NCBI RefSeq assembly: GCF_000143415.4
Contig: NW_003314311.1
Coordinates: 602,181-666,180 of the forward strand
Direction of reading: 5' to 3'
Length of the DNA stretch: 64,000 nucleotides
Source: Selaginella moellendorffii
Lineage: Eukaryota; Plantae; Lycopodiophyta
In this document: positions 1 through 10,787 of the stretch, in pieces
Numbering within the stretch: position 1 is the first letter of the stretch
Layout of the letters: each line of letters begins with the position of its first letter
Notes under the pieces: generated by a model
Database searches by the model: none
What the model saw: only the letters and a program-made list of their open reading frames with translations
What the model was told of the DNA's origin: nothing
Translations under genes and position numbers: made by a program

Positions 1-498
1 AGGACCGTGGGACTTAGTGGTCGGGCCTGTGGGTCTCGATCCAGTGGCAGTGTTGGCAAACACGGCCAGGGGCAGAAAGGGACTTAGTGGGGACTGACAA
101 AGGGATATTGGGGAAGGCTATTCCCCTTGTCGGTGGGCATCCTAAGGATGCTAAGGAGTGGATCTGAGATGACCACTCACGGATGGTTTGCCTAGTCTTG
201 GAAAGCCAAGACGGTGATGCAAGTGGTATTGGACTACCAGTGTGGCAAAGGTGATTGGGCATGGCCTTAGCGTAATGGGCTGCTATGTCGGTGGTACCTT
301 TGAGTGTTGGTCATGGGATCGGACACGTGGAGCACTTGGACCAAGTGCAAATGTTGAGTGGCATGGATGCCATTCTCGGGGCTAGCAAGTCCCAAGTCCT
401 GGATTGGACTTATGGAGGTTGTGAATGAGACTCCTCCAAGTGGTCAGAGGTGTGGTTAAGTGACTAAAGTAGAATGGAAAATTTAGTTGCTTACAATT

Positions 499-510
499 TG
501 GTATCGGAGC
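499..510 (+). promoter_or_regulatory. Primer-binding site (initiator tRNA-Met type)
   Basis: TGGTATCGGAGC 3 nt after the LTR end; the canonical plant Met-PBS is TGGTATCAGAGC. Confidence 0.85.
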
Positions 511-1632
511 TGTTCCTTAGTCCGACTTTTATTGGTGCTCAAGTATATCACCACTAGTGTTGGCATCGGAAGGTCCGAGGAGTGGGCCTATCCTTGAGGA
601 GTAGCAAGTCGGGAAGACATGGCTCTCCATTACAGTTCATGTGTGAACTTGTAGACGAGGTGGTGGATAGAAAAGGGCCAATAATGGAACGACTTTGGGA
701 TCTTGGAAACAGTGCAAGGTTTTCCTCATTGAGTTGAGGATGTGATCCGGATGAGCATTTGTCTCAGCAAATTGGCTAAGGTTGTTGTGGTAAACAACTA
801 AAGTTGGGATCACGGGAAAGATAGAGACTCCAAAACAATAAAGGAGTCACAAGATTATCCTCATATAGTTGAGGTTGGTGCTCATGAATGTGAGACCAGA
901 GGTAATGACCGTGGGAGGTCAAATACGGAAGAGGACTCAAGTCCTTGAAATGGTAGCCGAGGCTACCTTTAATAAATGCTGGAACAACCCAAGGAGTTGG
1001 GGGTTGTACTTAGAGATGAGTGGTATTCTCATCGCATGGACAAGTAGTCCTAAGGAGCAAAAGTTGCCCCCAGAGAACAAAATCAAGTGTCGGAGTAACA
1101 CTTGTGAAAATAGTCCTTTTGAGTAGGACAGGAATGCAAGAAGTGTATTCCAGTGAGCTAGTGCCTCACAAGTAGGACCTTAAGGGTTTGTGGATTAACC
1201 AAGTCCAAAACTGCTGATGACTCAAGTAGAGTCAAGGGATGGTCCTAAAAGGACTGATGGAAGCATTTGGACTGAGGTGTGTTGTACCCCACAAAGGATG
1301 GGGGGGGGATCATAGGATCCAAGGATGAGAACAAAGGGTATCTCATCGATGGCAAAATGTGCCATGTTAAAGTTATGGGAAAGGTGTTCTCAGAAGAAAA
1401 CAACTTTGACACAAAGTTGTGTGTGACCTCTATGGTGCAGTGCTAACGGATGGTTGGCATGAGAAAGAGCGGTGTTGGTCTTAGCAAAAACATAAACACG
1501 AAGGGGAAGTGTCATAGAGGTAGGCTTGTGGAGCCGATGGTGTGGAGACACCAAATGTGCCAAGGTGTGATACCTTAAGGCTTTGTTGGTGGGTTCATGA
1601 GAACCCCTTGCCAAAGGAATCCCAATGGAAAT

Positions 1633-1656
1633 AAGCTCTATTTCGTTAAAGTGGGA
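1633..1656 (+). repeat. Left terminal inverted repeat (24 bp)
   Basis: Exact reverse complement of 15039-15062. Confidence 0.95.
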
Positions 1657-2063
1657 ATTGTCATTATCCCACTTGTAAAATAAGGTTTCCAAACCTTTAT
1701 ATAGTATATAAATATAACAAAATTCAACTGCATTGAGGCACATGCCATTTTATTTTAAACAAGGAAATGTCTACTCAATCACTTCTCACTGCTTCACCTC
1801 TCTCTTCTCCTTGTCATTGTCGTCCAATTTCTTTCCATCCTTTTAATATTGGCTCAGTTGCTCCGAGTCTAGGTGGAGCCCAAGTCCCCATTCAATCTTT
1901 ACTTTCCCCTTATTAATAAAACAACTTCGTAGACTTCCAATAACATGCTGTAACACTTCTAGTATAATGCAAATCCTCTCAAAGAATTGTCTTTTAATAT
2001 TAATACAATGGCATGGAACCCCATGCCATAATAAGTTACATTTTTAAATAAATACATGCCATC

Positions 2064-2926
2064 TCAGACTGTTATTTTTTGCCTCCAACGCCTATACAAT
2101 AATCTTGGAATTTCATCACTCTCCACACTATCAGGATTTAAACCCAATAGTAATGCCATCTCTTCTCTAATACGTCCACGCTCATGTTCAGTGGTCGAAG
2201 AACCCATCCGGTTGAGCAGATTATGGAGATGCGGATAGTGCTTGGCTAGACAATATACATGCCATAAATGATGACTGGTGTCTGTCCGATCAAATGGCTT
2301 CTGATATACCGTTCCATCTGCCATTTGGTTGATTTCTGCAGCCACCTCCTGGACTGGCCGGTTCTCTATCACCATCGCTTCAAGCCGTTTTGCAAGGTCC
2401 CCCAGAACATACGGTTTCTTCTCCCTAGTTTCCATACTGCAAGAGATGGGGTGCACTGCATATGTGTGCGTGTTCGCTGCAGTTTTAATCGGCGAGTCAT
2501 CGATGATGAGGATTTCACTTGACCTAGCAGTCCGGTTCAACACTACAGCCTCTGCCTTGATGAAGATGGGCTTGCTACCCCTCACATGGACCATAGTCAA
2601 GCAATCCTCCTGCGTTAGGAGAAAGTCAAATGGTAATATTACTCGCGTCTGATCGTGCATCATCTGTAGCAACGTTAATGCATTGTGGCGCATCATGGAT
2701 GTCCAAACTCCCAATTGCAAATTGAACCCGGCCCTCTGTTTTAAGTGTCGCATGGTCATTATTAGATCCCGCAATTTCTCCCGTGTGATTAATGTGAATC
2801 TATCTCTTTTGACCAACTTGCGACCGCAGGCTTTGGAGGGTGCAGTGACATTCGAGGACGAGCCACGCTCATGGGAGAAAAGGACACCGTTCAGATCAAA
2901 AACGATACAGTACTTTCGCCGTGACT
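2064..2926 (-). other. FCP1/SCP (NIF)-like HAD phosphatase domain (last exon)
   Basis: CIVFDLNGVL (HAD motif I, DxN variant), LGVWTS (motif II), ILIIDDSPIK (motif IV), typical of plant FCP1-homology-domain proteins. Confidence 0.75.
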
Positions 2927-5900
2927 CTGAAATGAAATGCGTAAGCATAAAAAATGGTACAAGTCAATTTTACCATCTACAATATTAGCGAATGGTGCTC
3001 CCGATGGTCGTTCAGAGGGTTTTGGTCGAGGAAACGTGAAGGGCGGAAATACTCTCCTCTGCAATGTGGGGTCAATCGCATCCGATGGCGTGTGGGCACA
3101 TGCCATTTCAGCTGTAGACTCTGGTACAACTGGCTCAACAGTGGCATGGGGTGGTTCCGATGGCGTGTGATCACACGCCATTTCAGCTGGTGCCTCCGTT
3201 GGCAAAGTGGACATGACCGAACAGGCAGCAGGGGCAGTGTAGGGAGGTTCCAACGGCGCGTAGTCAGACGATTGGGCACACGTTGGAAATGAGGATACGA
3301 CCGGCTCGGCGGCTGGGGCGGCCTCATGCGGGTCCAATGGCGCCTGGTCACCGTCAGTTGGATACGTGGACAAGATTGACTCAGTGGTATGGGCAGCATC
3401 AAGTGGAGTGTGGTCAGCTTGCTTGGCGTTGATATGGATAGTAACCTCCACCAGCTCTGATGACTCTTGCAGGCAAGTAGAGTCCACTGGCGGATCCATA
3501 TGCATGTCCAAATATCTCCCTTCGATTGAGATGGTATCCTCCCGTGCTACTAAAAACAAACTCATTAGCACATTGAATCGACTATACTGTATTTACCATC
3601 AACTGCTATTGAGGAACTAGGACCGATATCACTTGGGCGCACTGCTGATTCTGAAGGATTGGACATACGTTTCGACCCTTGCTTGGCACTATCCTTCCTC
3701 GACACTAAAGGCTAGAGTTTGTATCTTAATTCAACTGAATAATCTCTACTTACCATTTCTTCTGCGACCTACATGGACAATGTTAGAAATGGTAAAAGGT
3801 TAGGAATGGATGTACTATTATTTACCTGATGGTTTGTCTTGTATGACCTTCCTCCGCTGCTCTTTGGCCACCTCAGGCTGGCCATCATCGTCATCATCGT
3901 CATCGTCGTTATTGTGATCGTCACCATTGTGAGGACCATCCAAGTCCTCTTCGTCCTCCTCTTCTTCGTCCTCCTCTTCTTCGTCCTCCTCTTCGTCCTT
4001 CTGCTCTTCCTGCTCATTATCTTTCTCTGGCTCCTCATCCCCCTCTTGCATTTCTTCCATAGGCTGCTCAGGCTGGATTGCTTGTTTTTCCAGGACCATC
4101 TTGGAAAAATCATCTGGCCGAGTCTCCATCTCAAAATACAAGACATCCATAGCCTGTTTTAGTGCGTGACCTAGGGCCGTATCCTCACCCGACTGTCTTA
4201 ACATGGTTTCTGCACGTTCTTGCACCCTTCGAAGACGACGAGATGAGAAAAACGTGGCCCTGACTTGAAAAGCATCCCTCATCCATTGTACCTCTCCATT
4301 GAGATTGGGGAAGGGGAGTCCGCCATAGGAATCTGAGTCAGAAGGTGGTGACTGGCTCCTTTCACTCAGCCCTTGATCTGCAATGAATGGCATGAGCACA
4401 CACGCCATAACCGCAAGGCATTACCTATCATCTTTTCGTTGCCCTTCTTCCTTTTCGAATCAAACGCCTCTGATCCCGACGACTGTCCAACGTGCTTTCG
4501 CTTTTTATGACCACTGTCAGTTTGAGCTTGGCTGGTGCTTGCCTGTTTTGCCTTTGAAGAAGTGTCTCCTGCAAGGAATGGCATGAGACCACACGCCATT
4601 GCAAATATAATTTGTACCTCCTTTTTTCCTATTGCTTGTCTGTTTGTCCTTCTTCGACGCGCCACCAGTGCGCTTTTCAGTCCTCGTGTCTGAATATTCA
4701 CAACGATCTATAATCAAAATGGCGTGAGGCCTCACGTGACCTTACCTTGTGCAGGTTGTGACCTCGGCCTAACATCAGTAGCTGTTAACGCCGTTTCAGC
4801 ATCTGGGGGTGGCCACGCTCCTGCATACAGAGCTTGTGAGATAACATTTAAACTTAAAGTGCGTACTCACCAGGTTCGTAGAGAAGATACTGTTTTTCTT
4901 TGGCAACTGTAATTATATGCTCCATTGAAGTCACCTCTTCAATGGAGTTTGTCACCGCAACACACGGGACACCCTTGAGTAGTGCGGCTCGAAAGAATAG
5001 TCCGCCGCAGTTGTACTCGACAACGCATTTGCCCTTGGAGTCACCCGCTATTGCGTTGAAGACCCAGCTGAGCATTTCCCATGCTGCACCTGGAGCTTTC
5101 TTTGGATTCGAAAGCTCCATAGCCGTCTTCAGTTCCTCAGGCACGGGTAAATTGACCTCCCTCAGATCAATTCGATCGGCTTTGTTGAACGAAGCTGGGA
5201 AGTCACTCCAGTCCCACTCTGCTGCAGGACCAATAACAAGGGCGACTGTGAAGATGCGGACATTCGTCGGTATCTTCTTCTTAGCCATTATCCCATGGAT
5301 CTCCCGCATCTCCTTGCCTTTCAACCGAGCCTTCACCTCGTTCAAGGCCTTCCAGAACTTGTGATAGGATTCGGAGTCGTAGATCATATAGTGGACTGAA
5401 GATTCCACCTCCGCAAGTCCCACCATTAAGTCAATGATGGAGCTGACTTCGTCTGCATGAGTGATCTCCTCGTTTGTGAAGTCCATCACACAAAAGATGT
5501 TCTTGACCTGCTCATCTCCGCGGGAAACGATGCTCCTCCACCTTTGATCCTCATCCGAATTCACGTATACCCGGTAAGGTTCTCGATAGGCCTCTGCTGC
5601 GGGGTCGAGCTGTTTCTGAAGCCGGCGGTCGACATCCCTCTTAATGAAATTTGGATACTGATCCAACTTCTCAGCTTTACTTTTCGTGGCATCCCGCAGC
5701 AGATCGATGAACTTGGGGGCCCCCTTCACGTACTCGTCGATGTCTTCATTTGACAAGTCCAGCTCTTCCATCATCTCTTGCGTGGTGTCGATGCTCACCC
5801 TCGCCACGGCCACTTGCTCGAAGATCCAATCCTTCAATAGCGCACGAGCTCTCAGAGTCGTGCACAAGTCCTCGTATGTCACAATATGGCCGGGAGTCAT

Positions 5901-7654
5901 TTTGGTCTTGTTGAAGACTACCTCACCAAGTAGAAGAGCATTAGCCACTGTCAGAAGGTCGTCGTCGTCTAGAGACCGCGAGAAACGCAAGGCGTTGAGC
6001 TTCAAATCATTGGGCTTCCGGCCGTCCTCCACACCCATTGAGTTTAGCAACTCCCCGTCATGGTACCTCCTTAGCACATCTACCCATTTGTCAAAAACAA
6101 CTTTTGTCGCGAGTAGAATGTTATGGATGCTGAGTGTGTCATTGACCCCCAGTGTTTTCGAGAGAAGACTCGAGAATTCCTGCAATGGAAATGGCGTGAG
6201 GCCACATGCTATGCCACATGCAACGAGGCTTACCTGCCAGGCGCTAGTTGCTAGTGCACGTCCTTGTCCTGGTTTTTGTGGCTTCTTCAGTTGAACCCAG
6301 AGCTTCCGTGTTCGTGCCAATGTCTCGTGCAGACCCGATTTGTAGCACGTTTCTTGCTTGACATTCTGCGCGTGGGAGATGTATATGATAGATCGGAGGG
6401 GCGAGTTGCCTTTTATCAGGCGGACAACTCTTGTCTTGAAGACTTTCTTCACCTCCTCGCCCACCATAATATCCACAACTATCTGTTGCATCGCCAAGCT
6501 AGAATGCTGCCCGGAGACGGCATAGAACCGGATGTTCTGATCGTCCAACACCTTCCTATTGATCAAGTCTGGAAACCTCGTCTCGCCCTTCATTGTTCGG
6601 TAGTAGGGGATCACGTCTACGATGTCGGGTGTTACTGGACTTGCCAGCATCTTCTGCTTCAGTTTCTCCACCCACTCATCAGATACTAGCCTGTGGTTGT
6701 ATTTGCTTTGGATCTCGATACGGCTCACGTCGATTGTATATACTTTGTTGGAATAGTAACAAGTACTATTATCTGCGACGATTTTTGCTGCCTCTTCTTG
6801 CTCTTTCTGCTCTTTGCGGCTCTTCTTTTTGGTGGGTGTAGTGTTCGAACCCGAGGCAATGGCATCACCGAGTAGCTTCTTTTTTGGAGCAGCAGAGTCG
6901 GACGTCGGCTTGAGCTTGACCACCCTTTTCTGCTTCGGGGTAGTTTCCAGATCGACCCCCTTCCCCTTCGCTTCGCAAACTGGAGGCACTCTCAACGGCT
7001 CAATGTTGGAATATAGTTTTTGAACATCGCCGTAGGTGAGGTCCGTGGATTCCATGTGATCTTCATAGATCCGCAGCGTCTTTGAAATTGTGGGCCTCCT
7101 GGACAACCTCTCCCTAGCTCCCTCTAGGAATTCCTCATAGCCGCTGCCCCCCTCCGGGAAGCCGCTAGGATGTGCAAGGTGGATCTTGAAGGCGGACGCT
7201 GTCTCTACCACAAGTGCCAGTCCATATTCTTGCATGGAACTGCATGGAGTGTCTGTCACTTGGATGAGGATCCCCATGCATTCTTTTCTCCCACCATCTG
7301 TGTTGTACAGCATCAGATCCTCGCCTTCCATCCCGAAAGTCCAACTGGTGAGCTCCTCCCCCTTCTCTGCATCCACATTGACAGTGGCTGGAAGAAGAAC
7401 GCAATTCCTCGCCTGTTCAAAAATGCACAACAATTAGAGCTGACAGATGAAAAGCTAGCAGCTGGAAATAACGTGAGGCCACACGCCATTCACCACTGCA
7501 TCAGATGTCTTGAGGCTGCATCCTAAGATGGCGTGAGGCTACACGCCATCTGTAACCGGACTGCACTCGAGAGCCCAATCGGTGCATGCCAATGTTGCTA
7601 CTGAATGGCATGTGGCCTCATGCCATTTTCTACTTCGTCTAAAAGACTTACCAT
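2064..7654 (-). CDS. Spliced transposon accessory gene, ~1631 aa: ParB/Srx-like + degenerate DNA MTase-like + acidic/repeat linker + FCP1/SCP-like HAD phosphatase domain
   Basis: Proposed exons (minus strand): 7654-7652 (ATG), 7412-6234, 6179-4871, 4820-4746, 4689-4618, 4568-4425, 4377-3826, 3768-3754, 3704-3597, 3549-2974, 2926-2064. All introns are GT-AG. The joined length is 4896 nt with the frame kept at every junction, linking ORFs 4854..7433, 4517..4735, 4366..4701, 3818..4408, 2891..3571 and 2064..2948. The start codon and the 54-nt in-frame intron are the least certain parts. Confidence 0.75.
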
Positions 7655-8334
7655 TTGAAGCCGAATGGAGGCCGTGACAATCGAGGCCGGACTCGCTGGC
7701 GAATGTGCACTGTGTGTGCAGCGGATCGTAGCAGCAAGGCTACTCTGCCACTTACAGTTGGAGAGTGGTGCTGAAATCTCCCGGGACGCCAAGTGGGCTG
7801 CGTGTGGGTGGTGGAGTGGGCGGCGGAGTTGGCGGCGAAGTTACAAACTGGGTGTGTCTTGAAGTGGACGCCGATGCACACGAGCGCGATGCGAGCGCGA
7901 GTGTGATGCAAGCGCGAGTGGACGCCGATGCACACGAGAAACCTATAGAGAAGTGAGCGTGATCGCGAGTGGGAGCGCGATGCGAGCGGGAGCGCGAGTG
8001 TGATGCGAGCGCGAGTACAAAGCAAAATGCAAAACCTAACCTCACACGCGCGAAATGTCACAACGGTTGGTAATCCCGCCACGTCATCATTCCTCGGACT
8101 TGGGCGCCACCATTAATTTCTGGATTGCCGCGCGCATGCAAGCACGCAAAATCCAAAAGAAATCCGCAACGTCATCATTCCTCGGACTGCATGCACGCGA
8201 AATCCAAAAGAAAGATCATGATTGGGATATCATTTAATACCCTCGCTATATTTATACCATGCATGATTGGATATTCCAAAGCATCTTGTATTTCCAAAAA
8301 TGGCAGATGTTCAGCTAAATAAAGAAATTCTATC

Positions 8335-9720
8335 TGTTTCTATTTTTCTCTCAAATCAATATTATAGCATGTGGGCTCATGCAATTTTGAACCAAAGAAA
8401 CCCAAAAAACGTTGGACCCAAAATATTTTGAAAAAACCCAAAAAACCCTAAACATTTTAAACCCAAAAATCCAGGCGTCTATTCCTTGAATGGCGTGTGG
8501 GCGCATGCCATTTTCAGGGCCAAATGCTGAATGGAGAAAAATTCCCTTTCAGTGCAAATGCTGCAAGAGGCAGATGCCGAGCACAAAGGACTGTAACTAC
8601 CTCACATGACATAGATAAACTTTTCTCTATTTGGGAAAGATAAACTTTATAGCGTGTGGGCTCATGCAATTTTGAACCCAAAAAATGCACCAAAAAATTC
8701 TCGGCGTCATCTGGCGTTATCTCTTGAATGGCGTGGGGCCGCATGCCATTTTCAGGGGCACATAAGAGTATATTCCTAGGATATTCTGACACGCGCGAGA
8801 TTTTTTTGAGTTTTCTGGAGATCCAACCGTTAGATCGCAACTAGATTTTACAGAATGGTATACAATGTCTTTCTTGATGACCCTACAAAGAAGCATCTCA
8901 ATCGGACACCACATGAGACCACACGAGCCTTACAATGTTTCAGGGGCATTTGCCATAGATCCGACTGTTATTTTGCTCCAAGATTTTACAGTTTGGTGTG
9001 CATTGACCTTCCATCGAAACTGCAAAGGGACATCACAATCAGATGCGGGATCACAAGAAACTAACTTCACTAACTCTGGTTTCACCAAGATCTACGTAAG
9101 GAGTTATGAAATGAAAGGACCCTCTCTATTGAAATGTGTTTATGGTCCTAGGGGCATTGTGACATATCAAAGGATTTTGCATCAAGTTCTGTATTTGCAT
9201 GTTTATCAAGCTACTGAATTGCTAAACCCTAAACCCTAAACCCTAAACCCTAAACATGTGGCAAATGCTGTGTGAAGAAAGATGCCCTTTCTGGGCAAAT
9301 GCTGTAAGAGGCAGATGCCGAGCAGATGTATCTCAGGCTAGCGAAGGGGACGAACGAAAGCTAGCTATAAACATGACGGGATGCAAATAGATTACTAGGC
9401 TGGTCCTACGAAAATCAAAAACCATAATTGAAAACATTGAAAATGCAAAAAGAAAGGTTTATAATATTTTTGAATTTTAGGCAACCAAAGGAATGTAAGT
9501 AGGGCATGTGTTTGTAAGTTTAAAAATGCCTCAACCACTTAAATTCCCAAGTAAATAAAGCTGTTTCTATTTTTGGTACAGGTAAACTTTATAGCGTGTG
9601 GGCTCATGCAATTTTGAACCCAAAAATGCACCAAAAAATGCTCGACTAGCATTATTCTTTGAATGGCGTGTGGCCTTATGTCGAGCATTATTCTTTGAAT
9701 GGCGTGTGGCCTTATATTGC
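8335..9720. repeat. Three related direct-repeat units in the intergenic centre of the transposon
   Basis: Units at ~8335-8515, ~8620-8757 and ~9561-9720 share TTCTATTT...ATAGCRTGTGGGCTCATGCAATTTTGAACC...TTGAATGGCGTG. GCAAATGCTGYAAGAGGCAGATGCCGAGCA is repeated at ~8554 and ~9295. Confidence 0.8.
9222..9254 (+). repeat. Interstitial plant telomeric repeat (CCCTAAA)4+
   Basis: ctaaa-ccctaaa-ccctaaa-ccctaaa-ccctaaa. Confidence 0.9.
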
Positions 9721-10421
9721 CATAAATGGACGTACACACACAGCGTAATTATTCCTTTACACGGCGAATAATCTTGGCGCGGATCGCTGACATGGCATGG
9801 CAAAGTTCGAATCACTGACATGGCACAGCTGGATCGAGGCAAGGACATGATGTGACAAAGTTCAACCTCCGACAGCAAAGTCTAGAAGCTACTCAGTTTG
9901 AAATTTGTCAGAGGAATCATAAGATCTGGTTTGTCAGAGGATTTGATGTGACGTTCAAGCGTGTGTTATTTTTGAATTCTCGAACTCATTCCTAGGTCTA
10001 TCATTTTTGTGCGCCGTGTTCTTGGTTCCGCTGAGCGCAGTGAGCGCTGCTTGTGTAAGCGGCGTTGTGGGCTGTGGTTTATGCGTCTACGAGCGGTTGC
10101 GGCATTGCGAGCGCCATTGCGAGCGGCAGTTTATGCGAGTGGCAGTTTGTGCGAGCGGCGCTACGAGCAGTTGCGGTGTTGCGAGCGGCGCTATGAGTAG
10201 TTGCGGTGTTGCGAGCGGCACTGTCTTTGGTGTGGCTACCGCTTCCTCTTGATATTCGGCACTTGTGCTTCCTGGTATGTTCACCATGGAATGGCTTAGG
10301 ACCACATTTAGAAATGGCATGAGGCCACATGCCATCTTGGGCCCTTGCAATTTCATGGCTAGCGTATTGTCATGTATGTTTTTACTTGCCTGCAGCTGTG
10401 TGTATATCAAGATGGCATGAG

Positions 10422-10585
10422 CATGCCATCTTTGGCCCCTGCTAGCCTATTGCCATATTCCTTTTGCCTTGCTGCAATTGTATATATTTTTGTATGGGTG
10501 ACTAGTCACGCACACAAAAATATATACAGTTGCAGCAAGGCAAAAGGAATATAGCAACAGGCTAGCAGGGGCCAAAGATAGCGTG
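10422..10585. repeat. ~164-bp near-perfect loopless inverted repeat (fold-back) upstream of the transposase
   Basis: Arms of ~82 bp centred on GTGACT|AGTCAC (10503/10504), with about 7 mismatches, mostly transitions. Confidence 0.9.
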
Positions 10586-10787
10586 AGGCCTCATGCCATT
10601 AGTGGTACCACTAATGGCATGAGGGCTCATGCCAATTTTGTGAATGCGAAATTTCACGTGGGTGTCAATAGCATGTTTGAATAATGGCATGTGGCCTCAT
10701 GCTATTGAGGTTGTTTGGTATGTTATGATTTAGGCCATTCTCCAATCATTTTTTGTATGGTCTTAACTTCTTTTCTGCACTTTCAGA

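Noticed and set aside
355-376. LTR palindrome GAGTGGCATGGATGCCATTCTC resembling the transposon motif
   Set aside because: It shares the TGGCAT/ATGCCA arms but lacks the 6-bp spacer, and it is part of the LTR consensus; treated as coincidental.
8855-9239. ORFs of 69-124 aa in the transposon centre
   Set aside because: No recognisable motifs or convincing splice partners; they lie among regulatory-type repeats.
9222-9254. Chromosome end or telomere
   Set aside because: Only ~4.7 units, internal to a TIR-bounded element.
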